This document shows, in pieces, positions 10,092 through 20,257 of a stretch of 64,000 nucleotides of DNA. Numbering within the stretch: position 1 is the stretch's first letter; the number at the start of each line of letters is the position of its first letter. The notes under the pieces were generated by a model that saw only the letters and a list, made by a program, of their open reading frames with translations, was not told where the DNA came from and made no database searches. A program made the position numbers and the translations under genes. This DNA is from Alphaproteobacteria bacterium (GTDB lineage: Bacteria; Pseudomonadota; Alphaproteobacteria; MPNO01; UBA830): assembly GCA_964291215.2 (NCBI GenBank), contig OZ219790.1, forward strand, positions 1,216,001 to 1,280,000. Reading direction: 5' to 3'.

Positions 10092-11265
10092 TGTTATGTC
10101 AGCAATGATATGTCGTACATTTGGTGCTAGACTGTCCGTCCATTCGGGATGGAGGTCGGAGTATGAAACGCTACGTGGTGACCCTGGACGAGGCGGAACG
10201 GAAAGAACTTTCGGAGATCACGACCAAGGGCTCGCACCTGTCGCAAAAGGTAATCAACGCCCTGCTTAACTGCGACGAGGGCGCGTTCAATGAATGCCAG
10301 ATGACCGGGAAGGTCATTGCTGAGATTCTGCGCATCAGCATGCGCAAAGTAGACCGAGTGAAGAAGCGTTTCGTTGAAGAGGGGCTAGAGGCGGCATTGG
10401 GTGGCCGGCAAGGACGCCGTCCTACCTACATGCGAAAAGCCGACGGCACCTTCGAGGCGCGCTTGGTGGCCCTGAGTTGTGGTGAACCGCCCGAGGGTTA
10501 CGCGCAATGGTCGTTGCGGCTGCTGGCCGACCGCGTTGTCGAGCTTGGTTACATTGATACCGTGTCACACGAGACGGTGCGGCGTGTTCTAAAAAAAACT
10601 GCATCAAGCCATGGCAGCGGGTTGGGTGGGTAATTCCTCCTCAAGGGAATGCCGACTTCGCCGCGGCGATGGAGAAGGTGCTCGATGTCTATCGCCGTCC
10701 CGCCGCCTTCCCCGTGGTCTGCATGGACGAAACGCCCCGACCGGCGAGACACGGCAACCGATCGCCATGGCGCCGGGACGGTCAGCGCGTAACGACTACG
10801 AGTATCGACGTTGCGGCACCTGCAACGTCTTCACGGAACCCCTGGCCGGCAAGCGCATGACCAAGGTAACCGAGCGCAAGACCAAGATCGACTGGGCGCA
10901 GTTCCAGGCCGACATCGCCGAGCGCTACCAGGATGCTACCACCATCACCCTGGTGATGGACAATCTCAACACTCCCCGGCGCCTTCTATGAGGCCTACCC
11001 GCCGGACGAGGCCAAGGCCTTGTGGGACCGCTTCGAGTTCGTCTACACCCCCAAGCACGGCAGTTGGCTGAACGTGGTCGAACTCAACGTCATGATCCGC
11101 CAGTGCCTGAACCGCCGCATCGACTGCATCGAGGTGCTACGCCGGGAAGTTGCCGCCTGGCAGGCGACCGCATCCAGGCCAAGGTGGATTGGCAGTTCAC
11201 CACCGACGATGCCCGCGTGAAACTCAAACGTCTTTATCCGACATTTGACGAATGACAATACACTA
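10089..11265 (+). mobile_element. IS630-family element, degenerate copy 1
   Basis: TIRs CTAGTGTTATGTCA / TGACAATACACTAG; HTH ORF 'MKRYVVTL..', A8 slippery site ~10591, 'CMDE', 'VMDNLNT', 'TPKHGSWLN.E' fragments. Confidence 0.92.
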
Positions 11266-11276
11266 GAGAGGGGCCG

Positions 11277-12023
11277 ATGCGCATCGTCGATCTGAGCCTG
11301 CCGATCAACGGAAACATGGCAGGGCTTCCCGGGTTCGAGACCTATCGAAACAACCCGACAAGAACCTATCCGCTGTCGGTCATCAGCGATCGGCAGAAGG
11401 CCACGCTCGCTGAACGCGGACTTAAGACCGAGTCGGAGCCCGAGATTTCTAACCACATGCTGAGCAAGCTGAAAATCGTCACCCATGTGGGAACACATAT
11501 CGACGCACCGCTGCACATGCTCGAGGACACCTGGTCGGTGGACCAGATACCGCTGGAGCGCCTAGTGAAGAACGGCCGGATCATTCCGCTGACCGATGTT
11601 CCCGCGGGCGGCATGGTCACGGCCGCGGCGATGCTGAAAAGCGGCGTCGATTTCGACGAGACCGTCATTCCGATCCTGCACACAGGCTGGACCGAGAAGA
11701 CCTGGGGAACTCCCGAATTCTGGGATGAAACGGTCTACATGCACCGCGATGCCGCAGAACTGCTGGTCGAGCACGAGGTAAGCGCGGTCGCGATCGACTT
11801 CTTCCCCGAGTTCCCGTTCTGGCGTAACGGCATAGAACGGCCCGAAGGGCAGCCGCCGGGGCACAATCACCGGCTGCTCCTCGGCAACCGCATCATCATC
11901 ATTCAGATGGTTACCAACGTAGGCGCGATCGGTGCCGGCGACTTCACCCTGTCGGCCGTGCCGCTGCGGCTGGAGGGCCTGGACGGCTCCCCAGCCCGGG
12001 TCTTTGCGACTGTCGAAGACTGA
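11277..12023 (+). CDS. Cyclase family (kynurenine formamidase-like) metallohydrolase
   Basis: 'HVGTHIDAPLH' (HxGTHxDxPxH), 'DLSLPI', 'GLDGSPARVFA'. Confidence 0.9.
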   Translation: MRIVDLSLPINGNMAGLPGFETYRNNPTRTYPLSVISDRQKATLAERGLKTESEPEISNHMLSKLKIVTHVGTHIDAPLHMLEDTWSVDQIPLERLVKNGRIIPLTDVPAGGMVTAAAMLKSGVDFDETVIPILHTGWTEKTWGTPEFWDETVYMHRDAAELLVEHEVSAVAIDFFPEFPFWRNGIERPEGQPPGHNHRLLLGNRIIIIQMVTNVGAIGAGDFTLSAVPLRLEGLDGSPARVFATVED

Positions 12024-12057
12024 GATACCCGGCGCCGGACGGGCATCTGCCGGAGCG

Positions 12058-13122
12058 CTATTCGGCGGCAGCCGACCTGAATTCCGCAACGCGCATGCGA
12101 TGGAGCGCACGGCGCGCCAGCGCAACTGCCTCGTCATGCCGACGGTAGTGCAGCCCGCGTTCCCGATCACGCAGAATCGTAGCCTGTTGTGCCTCGATCA
12201 TGGCCTTGTCTTCCATGAACGCGTCGGCGATGTCCTTGTAGAACTGCTTCCCGGCGGCCGTTGTGGCCGGGCAGTTGCGGTTCGCTACCGACCAGAAATA
12301 ATGGCAGCTAGTTTCCGATTCCGGTGTCGCGTGATGGAACAGCCGCAATGACACGCCACCGTCCTGATTCCGGTTCTCTTTCGCTCCGCGGCCGACTTCC
12401 AGTGCGCCACCCCATTGCAGCACCGAGCCGGGAGCCACGTATTCGAAATCGGACCAACGATCGACGGGGCTCTGGAATCCGGCAGCGGCGACGAAGGACG
12501 GGGGAGGAGGCGAAGCCATCATCCACCTGATGAATCTGGCGCCGTTTTCCGTTGCAGCCGTCTCAAGCGTCGCATCGACATGCGACTGCGGAAATCCTCC
12601 GATGGTGGAACCATGGACATATCCGAGATGCGTCAGATCCATGAGGTTGTCGATCACGAACATAAAATTCGCGTCATAGTGGTAGTGACCGAACTGGAAC
12701 GGCCATTCCTCGCCCGCCTCGTGGAACGGATAGTTGATGATCGCGGACTCATCGGCGAGGCCGGGATCACCCATCCAGACCCAGACGAAACTCTGCCGCT
12801 CGACGGCAGGGAACGAGCGCACCCGATAGAGCGCCCGATCGTCTTCCTCTCCCGGATTTCCGATGCATGCACCGTCGCGGCCATAAATCATGCCGTGATA
12901 GCAGCACTGGATACCGTCTCCAACGACGCTGCCGAGGCTGAGCGGAGCAGCACGATGGCAGCACCTGTCTTCGAGAATGGCAGCGTCGCCAGAGGCATCA
13001 CGGAACAGAACGACATCTTCGCCGAGGAGTCTGCGCGCGAACGGCGCGTCCGTGACTTCATGCGACCAAGCGGCAATATACCATGCGTTGTGGACAAGAG
13101 GTTCGATCGGACAGTCAGGCAT
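12058..13122 (-). CDS. Rieske oxygenase alpha subunit (VanA-like O-demethylase family)
   Basis: 'DRCCHRAAPLS...CCYHG' Rieske motif, 'DNLMDLTHLGYVH' mononuclear Fe site, 'EDKAMIEAQQ'. Confidence 0.9.
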   Translation of the reverse strand: MPDCPIEPLVHNAWYIAAWSHEVTDAPFARRLLGEDVVLFRDASGDAAILEDRCCHRAAPLSLGSVVGDGIQCCYHGMIYGRDGACIGNPGEEDDRALYRVRSFPAVERQSFVWVWMGDPGLADESAIINYPFHEAGEEWPFQFGHYHYDANFMFVIDNLMDLTHLGYVHGSTIGGFPQSHVDATLETAATENGARFIRWMMASPPPPSFVAAAGFQSPVDRWSDFEYVAPGSVLQWGGALEVGRGAKENRNQDGGVSLRLFHHATPESETSCHYFWSVANRNCPATTAAGKQFYKDIADAFMEDKAMIEAQQATILRDRERGLHYRRHDEAVALARRALHRMRVAEFRSAAAE

Positions 13123-13399
13123 CGTCGCAAATCCCTGTGGTTCATCAGGAACGCATGACATCGGTCCTGCCCAACGCCAATGCAGTATCGCATGGCCGCG
13201 GCGAGAACCGCTGTCGCACGAATGACCCGCTTGAAGCACTCCAACTCCCTGCCTGACTGCCGATAACCGCCCGGATGTCAGCCACCGGCCAGTAGGCAAA
13301 ACCGCATATGCCGGATTTCTCCGCAACCGCGTGTTTCGTCAGGCTGCCAAGTGGCACAGAATAGTGTGGTTGTGACCCGACGGCAAACACGCGGCATGC

Positions 13400-13450
13400 C
13401 GCCTCAAAGCGCAAACCTCAGACAAATTTCCAGACATCAAGTTACAGTAC
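13400..13450. repeat. End of unidentified mobile element
   Basis: CGCCTCAAAGCGCAAACCTCAGACAAATTTCCAGACATCAAGTTACAGTAC matches 30221-30271 inverted and partly 31991-32015. Confidence 0.7.
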
Positions 13451-13961
13451 CGTCGCCCATCTGCCGGTTCGGCTTCGGGCCCTTGCCGTTGCTCCCGGCA
13501 CGCTCTCGTCCTTGTCCGTCTGTGACGGCGGCAGATCGGAGTTCCGGCTCGTTTTGCGCGTGGTCTTCTCCAGAAGGACGACGATGATGATGTCGAGCAG
13601 GATGACGAGGACGCGGATCACGGCCTCTTCCGCCACCTTGCCGGCCGCACGCAGCGCCGTGATCCGGGTCTTGGCCGCTTCGAACTCCTCGCGCGCCGCC
13701 CGTCGCCATCACCCGGCCTTGCGCTTCATCAGCGCGCCGCCTCCGAGATGCGTTTCCACATACAGATCATGCGGGGGCTGGAGCCCCGGAAGCAGCTGGC
13801 ACAGCCCGCTCGTCGCCTTCGATCCAAAGTAGCCCACTGGCGGTCCCTGTCGTTCTCGATTACCACCACTAAACGAATCGGCCTGCAGTGTCAAATCTCC
13901 ACAAAAACCCGTTCGTTGCTCTACCCCGACATCAAGCCGGAACCAGGGGGTGAGCAGTTAC
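13451..13961 (-). mobile_element. Truncated IS66-family (MTase-carrying) element, left part
   Basis: IR GTAACTGCTCACCCC at 13961; 'GYFGSKATSG..ETHLGGGA' fused to 'EKTTRKTSRNSDLPPSQ' transposase N-terminus. Confidence 0.85.
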
Positions 13962-14446
13962 AGAGAATCATCATAATTGGCGGCGCAGCCCTGATCTTCG
14001 GCCAGTTTCTGAATTTCGCCGGTCTGTCCGGTGCGCTGGTCGAGTTCACCGAGAGTTTCAATCTCGGCCCGTTGACCTTGCCGCTGGTGATCTGTGCAAT
14101 CTGCGTCGTTTTGGAAATGATATTCGAAAGCATCGGAATTCTGCTGCTTATCGTCCCGGTGTTCCTGCCCTCGCTGGAGGCGGTGGCCGGCGACGCCGCG
14201 ATCGACCCCGATTTTTATCTGGTCTGGTTCGGAATCGTCGTGATCATCGTTGTCGTACTCGGGCTGATCACGCCTCCAATCGGAATCAATGTCTTCACCG
14301 TCAAGTCGGTCATTCCCGATGTCGAACTGACCAAGATCTTCGCTGGCGTCGTGTCCTTCGTGTTCGCCGACCTCATCGTGCTTGCCCTGATCTTTCTCAT
14401 ACCCGGACTGGCGATCTTCCTGCCGTCGGTCATGCCATCCTTCTGA
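13962..14446 (+). pseudogene. DctM C-terminal fragment truncated by IS66 element
   Basis: 'WFGIVV..GLITPPIGINVF', 'PGLAIFLP' DctM C-terminus; no N-terminal half. Confidence 0.8.
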
Positions 14447-14602
14447 TCCCGGGCCGAACCCGGCAGAAGTTCATCGCCTTCGCCGACCGATCCGCCGCGG
14501 TGCCGGCCGGAATCGGCCCTTCTGCAGGGAAGTGGCCAATGCTCCTCTTCAACATTTTCCCGTCCAGCGGCAGCGATGCAGGGTGTCGCGCTCCCCGGGC
14601 TC

Positions 14603-15205
14603 TCACAATGCGGAGAACTCCCTGTGGACCTTCGCAATGAACCGCTCGCACTGTTCACGCGTTGCCCTGTCGAGTCCGTACATGGACAGCATGCGAAACG
14701 AGACCCTTTTGCCGCAAACCCCGACGATTCCGTTCCTGATCTGCCGGCGCACGGGATTGCGCATGTAGAGCTCCGTGATACGCCATGAGGAATTCGTGGT
14801 CGTCACGACATGGCAGCTCCGCAGCGTCGCGAGCCGGGGTTCAAGGGCTCGGGCACCGGGATTGACCGCAAAGGCACGACCAGGAACGAAGACACGATCG
14901 ATGAAACCCTTGAGAATTGCCGGCATTCCGAACCACCATTGCGGGAAGACGAGAACGAGGCCGTCGGCAGATGCCAGACGCTCGCAATACCCGGCGATCT
15001 CCAGCGGAGGCTCGTAATTGGGCATCGCGAAGACCGCGCGCTCCCGTCCGGACAGGCACGGATCAAAACCGTCCGCATAAAGGTCGACGAGGTCGGCTTG
15101 GTGCCCCGCCGTCGCAATTCCGTCGATGGCCGCGTCACGCAGCGCCGCCGCGAGGCTGTCGGGCAGCGGATGCCCATGGACGACCAAGAAACGCCGTGCG
15201 CCCAT
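14603..15205 (-). CDS. NAD(P)H dehydrogenase (quinone), flavodoxin-like fold
   Basis: 'VHGHP..DSL', 'DLYADGFDP', 'FPQWWFGMPAILKGFIDRV'; TAATG overlap with cysS stop. Confidence 0.88.
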   Translation of the reverse strand: MGARRFLVVHGHPLPDSLAAALRDAAIDGIATAGHQADLVDLYADGFDPCLSGRERAVFAMPNYEPPLEIAGYCERLASADGLVLVFPQWWFGMPAILKGFIDRVFVPGRAFAVNPGARALEPRLATLRSCHVVTTTNSSWRITELYMRNPVRRQIRNGIVGVCGKRVSFRMLSMYGLDRATREQCERFIAKVHREFSAL

Positions 15206-16578
15206 TACTGGATCCTGCGCCACCGCGTACCCTCCGCTCCGTCCTCAAGCATGATGCCGCGCGCTCCCAATTCGTCGCGGATACGGTCTGCATCGTCGAA
15301 GCGCCGTTCGGCGCGCGCGCGCGCGCGCTCCTCGACCATCTCTCCTATTCGCGCAGCGTCCACCGGGTCGGCACCGACAAACCATTGCTCGCAATCCTGC
15401 TGCAGGATACCCAGCAACGCTCCGGAGGCGAGAAGCGTTCCCTTTAGGCGCCGCCGCTCCGTCGGATCGGTCGCCAAATTGGCCTGCCGTCCGAGCCGGA
15501 ACAGGGCCGCAACGGCCCGCGGCGTGTTGATGTCATCGCCGAGCGCCGCGAGAAATTCTCCATCGGGCCGGAGGTGATCATCGGAATCGACGTCTGACAG
15601 AGCCCGGAGCGCTCCGTACAGGCGATCGAGCATGTCCCTGGCGTGGGCGAGGCTTTCGTCCAACCAGTCCAGAGGCTGCCGATAATGGGTGTTGAGAAGC
15701 GCCATCCGGATTGCCTCGCCGGGCACCCTGTCGAGCATCTCGTGAACCGTCACGACGTTGCCGACGGACTTGGCCATCTTCTCGCGATCAATATTCACGA
15801 AACCGTTGTGCAGCCAGAAACGCGCCAGCGGCTGCCCGCCATGAGCGCAGGTCGACTGTGCAATCTCGTTCTCGTGATGCGGAAAGACGAGGTCGCCGCC
15901 GCCGGCGTGAATGTCGATGGTCTCGCCGAGATGCTTCTCGATCATGCATGAGCATTCCAGATGCCAGCCCGGCCGGCCGCGGCCCCAAGGGCTCTCCCAG
16001 CCCGGCAGGTCCGGCGTCGACGGTTTCCACAGCACGAAATCCGCCGGATCGCGCTTGTAGGGCGCGACTTCGACACGGGCGCCCGCGATCATCTCCCTCC
16101 GGTCGCGCCGCGACAACCCGCCATAATCCGCAAAGCGCGGTACATGGAACAGGACATGCCCCTCGGCCGCGTAGGCAAAGCCGTCCTCGATCAGCCTCTG
16201 GGCCATGGCGATCATTTCGGGAATGTGGTCAGTCGCATGCGGCTCGATATCCGGCAGTTCCACGCCCAGCGCAGCCATGTCGTCGCGATACAGCCGCTCG
16301 TATTTTCCGGTGATCTCGCCGATCTTCACGCCCTGTTCCTGCGCCGCTGCGTTGATCTTGTCGTCAAGGTCCGTGATGTTGCGGGCATAGACCACCTTGG
16401 GCCACATGTGGCGCAGCAGCCGCACCAGCACATCGAACACGACGGCAGGCCGGGCGTTTCCGATATGGGCATAGGAATAGACCGTGGGACCGCACACATA
16501 GACGGTCACGCGGCAGGGATCAGCCGGAACGAACGCTTCCTTGCGGCGTGTCAGCGTATTGTAGAGATCGAGGCTCAT
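15205..16578 (-). CDS. cysS: Cysteine--tRNA ligase
   Basis: '[16 protein letters not shown]', 'GRPGWHLEC', 'FPHHENE', 'KMAKS'. Confidence 0.97.
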   Translation of the reverse strand: MSLDLYNTLTRRKEAFVPADPCRVTVYVCGPTVYSYAHIGNARPAVVFDVLVRLLRHMWPKVVYARNITDLDDKINAAAQEQGVKIGEITGKYERLYRDDMAALGVELPDIEPHATDHIPEMIAMAQRLIEDGFAYAAEGHVLFHVPRFADYGGLSRRDRREMIAGARVEVAPYKRDPADFVLWKPSTPDLPGWESPWGRGRPGWHLECSCMIEKHLGETIDIHAGGGDLVFPHHENEIAQSTCAHGGQPLARFWLHNGFVNIDREKMAKSVGNVVTVHEMLDRVPGEAIRMALLNTHYRQPLDWLDESLAHARDMLDRLYGALRALSDVDSDDHLRPDGEFLAALGDDINTPRAVAALFRLGRQANLATDPTERRRLKGTLLASGALLGILQQDCEQWFVGADPVDAARIGEMVEERARARAERRFDDADRIRDELGARGIMLEDGAEGTRWRRIQ

Positions 16579-16644
16579 GGTATGGTGAACATAGGTGCTG
16601 GGGAGACGCTGGCAAACAGGAGATCAGATCGGAGGTATCGGGTG

Positions 16645-17505
16645 ATGGCAACCAGACTGGAGCTGGACGTGCGGGAACTTGATGCACCGCTTGGAGCAAA
16701 GATCACCGGACTTGACCTCCGCAAACCTCTCGACCGCGAGACCGTGGCGGAAATCCTCGCTGCCTGGTATCGCCACCAGGTGCTGGTTTTCCGGGACCAG
16801 GATCTGTCACCGCAGCAGATGGTGGATTTCACCGGCCAGTTGGGCGAACCCGGCAAGCCCCGCATGCCGTCGCGCACCGTGCGCGACATCCTGCCCGACC
16901 TGCCACCCGAGGTCATGATCGTATCGAACATTCGCGTGGACGGCAAACCCATGGGGTTGCCGCATGACGGGGAGATGTGGTTCCACAGCGACATGTGCTA
17001 TGTCGAAGTCCCGCACACTGCAACACTGCTCCATGCCGTTGAACTGCCGTCATGGGGCGGCAACACGCTCTTCGCCGACATGTATGCCGCCTATGACAGT
17101 CTTCCGGATTCACTCCGCAACAGGCTGGAAGATTGTCGGGCGCTTCACATCCATGACTACAAACGCACTGACCGGCCGAGCCTTGATGTCGATCTGGACA
17201 AGGTCGGGAACTTTGCCCATCCGGTCTTCATCACCCATCCCGAAACCGGACGAAAGGCGCTCTATGTCAATCGGTTGATGACAGCCCACATCGAAGGGCT
17301 CGATCCTGCGGAAAGCAACGCGCTTCTCGAGGAACTCTTTACGGCGTCGGAGGACCGGTCGCTGGTCTATGAACACGTCTGGAAACCGGGCGACCTCGTG
17401 ATGTGGGACAATCGCTGCATCACCCATGCGCGCACCGATTTTCCGGAGAACGAGCGCCGCCTGCTGCGGCGCACGACCATCGTGGGAAGCCAGGCACCCC
17501 GCTGA
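16645..17505 (+). CDS. TauD/TfdA family alpha-ketoglutarate-dependent dioxygenase
   Basis: 'WFHSD', 'GGNTLFAD', 'WDNRCITHAR'; GGAGG RBS. Confidence 0.92.
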   Translation: MATRLELDVRELDAPLGAKITGLDLRKPLDRETVAEILAAWYRHQVLVFRDQDLSPQQMVDFTGQLGEPGKPRMPSRTVRDILPDLPPEVMIVSNIRVDGKPMGLPHDGEMWFHSDMCYVEVPHTATLLHAVELPSWGGNTLFADMYAAYDSLPDSLRNRLEDCRALHIHDYKRTDRPSLDVDLDKVGNFAHPVFITHPETGRKALYVNRLMTAHIEGLDPAESNALLEELFTASEDRSLVYEHVWKPGDLVMWDNRCITHARTDFPENERRLLRRTTIVGSQAPR

Positions 17506-17536
17506 GGACTGCCGCGCCGAACGCCGGACAGTGGGG

Positions 17537-18529
17537 TCAGTTGGCTACCCACTCCCCCTTCCCGCGGCTTTCGAGCATTACGCCTTCGAAGAGTTCTTCC
17601 ACCGGAATCGGTGACGAGATCAGCCCGCCCTGATGCGAATAGCTGATCAGGCTTTCCAGATTTCGGCGATTGGCAGTGCCTAGACCGTATTCCCATGGAT
17701 CGCGCCCGAGCAGTTCCTGCTGCGCTTCCCATTCGTCCATGAACCAGGCGAGCGGCACCGTACGCGGGTTGGTGAGCCGGCGATAGGCCTCGACCTTCGC
17801 CTTTTCGAAGGCAAGCGCCAGATTGCTCGCGACCCACGGATGCTGCTCGACGATCTCGTGGCGAAGCGCCGTAACGTGCATGATGGGAAATATGCCGGTG
17901 CGCTCGAAATACGCCTTCTCTTCCGAACGATAGTCGCTGAAAAGGCGCACTACCCGCCGGTCTCCGCGCAGGATCGGAGCAATGATGTCGGGGTGCAGGG
18001 CCGCGTCCAGTTCGCCCTCGGCCAGCATCTCGGAAATATCGGAACCCTCGGGTGCGCGCGACAACCTGAGGCCCGTGGGCGGCTCGAACGGTATGTCCTC
18101 GTCAAGTTCGGTGATCCAGTCGATCGAAGTCAGATCGACGCCATATTCGTTGGCCAGCAACCCCCGCAGGTAGAGCGTTGCCGTCGTCTGGTAGGTTTTC
18201 AGGCCGACCCGCTTGCTCTCGAGATCCTTTGGTTCCGAAATCCCGCTTGACGCATTGACATAGATAAAGCCGTGACGAAAGCGACGGTGCAGAAATACCG
18301 GTATTGCGGTGAACGGCCGGCCGCGGTCCCTGGCCATCAGATAAGACGAACCCGACAGCTCGCATATGTCGAACTCCCGATTGCGGATCATGCGCCAGTG
18401 GCGGGAGGACGAATCCATGTCTGTAAGCACGTTGAGCGATATGCCGTCGGCCTCGATCGTGCCTTCCTTGAGAGCGCGTATGATCTCGTAGTCGCCACAG
18501 GCCAGAGTCAGTTCGAGTTTGCGTGCCAC
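17537..18529 (-). CDS. 4,5-dihydroxyphthalate decarboxylase-like / PBP-fold protein
   Basis: 'LTLACGDY', 'EFDICELS.SSYL', 'IPVFLHRRFRH', 'TGIFPIMH', 'DPWEYG'. Confidence 0.8.
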   Translation of the reverse strand: MARKLELTLACGDYEIIRALKEGTIEADGISLNVLTDMDSSSRHWRMIRNREFDICELSGSSYLMARDRGRPFTAIPVFLHRRFRHGFIYVNASSGISEPKDLESKRVGLKTYQTTATLYLRGLLANEYGVDLTSIDWITELDEDIPFEPPTGLRLSRAPEGSDISEMLAEGELDAALHPDIIAPILRGDRRVVRLFSDYRSEEKAYFERTGIFPIMHVTALRHEIVEQHPWVASNLALAFEKAKVEAYRRLTNPRTVPLAWFMDEWEAQQELLGRDPWEYGLGTANRRNLESLISYSHQGGLISSPIPVEELFEGVMLESRGKGEWVAN

Positions 18530-18605
18530 ATCGTCTCCATTTCGCGAAGTCAGACCGGTCGATGGCGAGTTGCGAGCGGGGTGCCGGAACCGCACCCGCC
18601 CGGAG

Positions 18606-19151
18606 TTATGTAGTGGTGCGCAGTTCAGCGTCCGGGTTGTCCTCCCGCTGCAGGCGCAGCAATTCGGGATCCGCATAGAGCGGGCGCGCGGGCTTCGGAT
18701 TCCCCAGCATGACCTGGAAGAAACAGTCCTCGTCACCGTCATTGCGGATGCAGTGGACCTGTCCCGGCGGATTGTAGACCATGTCCCAAGGCCCGAGTGT
18801 CCGCGTGATAATCTCACCATCCTTCTGCCAGACCACCGTGGGATGCCCCTTGAGGACGAAAAAGACCTCCTCCTCGTCCGGATGGTTGTGCATCGGCTGC
18901 TCATGGCCTGGAGGCATCTCCAGTATGCTGAGTGTGAAACTTGCCCCCATCAGCGCGTGCGGATCGTTGTGATCGACGTTGCCGCTGGTTCCGAGATAGC
19001 GGCGCTGGGACCGAGCGAACTTCTTGTCAACCCTGGTTTCAAATCCCCACACCCGCCAACTCGCGTTGCGCGTCGAGAACGTCTTGCAATGCCGGTCAAG
19101 GGCGGCTTCAAGCTCACCGTTGGCCCGGTTCTCCTGGATCACGGTTGCCAT
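18606..19151 (-). CDS. Cupin domain protein
   Basis: 'MPPGHEQPMHNHPDEEEVFFVLKG...PPGQVHCIRN'. Confidence 0.85.
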   Translation of the reverse strand: MATVIQENRANGELEAALDRHCKTFSTRNASWRVWGFETRVDKKFARSQRRYLGTSGNVDHNDPHALMGASFTLSILEMPPGHEQPMHNHPDEEEVFFVLKGHPTVVWQKDGEIITRTLGPWDMVYNPPGQVHCIRNDGDEDCFFQVMLGNPKPARPLYADPELLRLQREDNPDAELRTTT

Positions 19152-19158
19152 TTTCCCC

Positions 19159-19863
19159 TCATTCCGCCGCCTGCGCGGCACCGTAGGTTCTGCGAATATG
19201 TTCCACGATGTCGTCAAGAACCATGACATCGGCATATTTGTGATGCATGTCAAACAGATTGACCTTGTGCGAGAGTTCGAAGCGGTCGAACACGCACTCC
19301 TCGGCAATCGTGACGTGATAGCCATTGGAATAGGCGTCGACGACCGACGCGCGCACGCATCCCGAGGTGCTTTCACCGCACACGATCAGGCTGGAAACCC
19401 CGGCTTGGACCAGATGCGCGACCAGCGGCGTCGAGTGAAACGCGCTTGCGCGCTCCTTGCGAATGACGACCTCACCGGCCTCTGGCGCAAACGCCGGATG
19501 GATGTCCAGCATGTCCGCAGAGGTTCCGTTTCCGTGCTGTCGGAGGGTCGACTGGACGCGCCCTTTCCGGACGGAACCGGTGACGTGAAACACGGGGAGC
19601 CCGCCTTCCCTGCAGGCAGCGAAAAGCCGCTGGATCGGTCCGACCGCTTCCCAGGCGAACCGTCCGCAACTGTTGGGAAATTCCGCAACCAGCTCATGGG
19701 GCGCCTTATCGGGGTCGCCGCGAAACACGAGATTGTACAGATCGATAGCAAGAAGCGCCGGACGCGGCCCCACGAAGACTTCACGGCGATAGGGTTCGTA
19801 GATCTTCAGAATTTCTGCTGAAACGATGTCCTTCCAGCAGTGGTCTTCGAAATCTCGCGCCAT
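19159..19863 (-). CDS. Isochorismatase family cysteine hydrolase (maleamate amidohydrolase-like)
   Basis: 'PALLAID', 'KERASAF', 'GESTSGCVRASVVDA'. Confidence 0.9.
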   Translation of the reverse strand: MARDFEDHCWKDIVSAEILKIYEPYRREVFVGPRPALLAIDLYNLVFRGDPDKAPHELVAEFPNSCGRFAWEAVGPIQRLFAACREGGLPVFHVTGSVRKGRVQSTLRQHGNGTSADMLDIHPAFAPEAGEVVIRKERASAFHSTPLVAHLVQAGVSSLIVCGESTSGCVRASVVDAYSNGYHVTIAEECVFDRFELSHKVNLFDMHHKYADVMVLDDIVEHIRRTYGAAQAAE

Positions 19864-20003
19864 GCTCCACCTTCCCTCACATCCCGTTCCGCTTGCCGAC
19901 CACACCGGCGCTGGGAGGCGCGGCATCCTGTCGCAAGCGCCGATCGAGGATTTCGGAGCATGGCCGTTTTTGAGATCCGATGCAACAAGATTGCGTATCG
20001 ACG

Positions 20004-20184
20004 CAGGACCATTCTGTTGTCGCGATTGGCGGCGGACAACCGTGTCAGAGTGGCCGTTCATGAAGTTGGTGGCACCGTCTCAAGGTCGGAACCGACATAT
20101 CGACAACGAAATCCGCTCCCGAATGGACCTCCAGATCTGCCTACAACGCCCCCTCGTCGGACGAAACATGACAAAAGAGCCCTG
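20004..20184. mobile_element. MITE family B, copy 2
   Basis: Near-identical to 3956-4138; perfect 10-bp TSD CGTATCGACG (19994-20003, 20185-20194). Confidence 0.85.
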
Positions 20185-20257
20185 CGTATCGACGCATGGT
20201 GATCCCATGCCGGTCGGGGATGGGGAATTCGGAGTGCATCAAAGTTTGCGTTATCTC

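Noticed and set aside
15961-16644. Long N-terminal extension of the TauD ORF (514 aa)
   Set aside because: Antisense to cysS; the real start has an RBS at 16642/16645.
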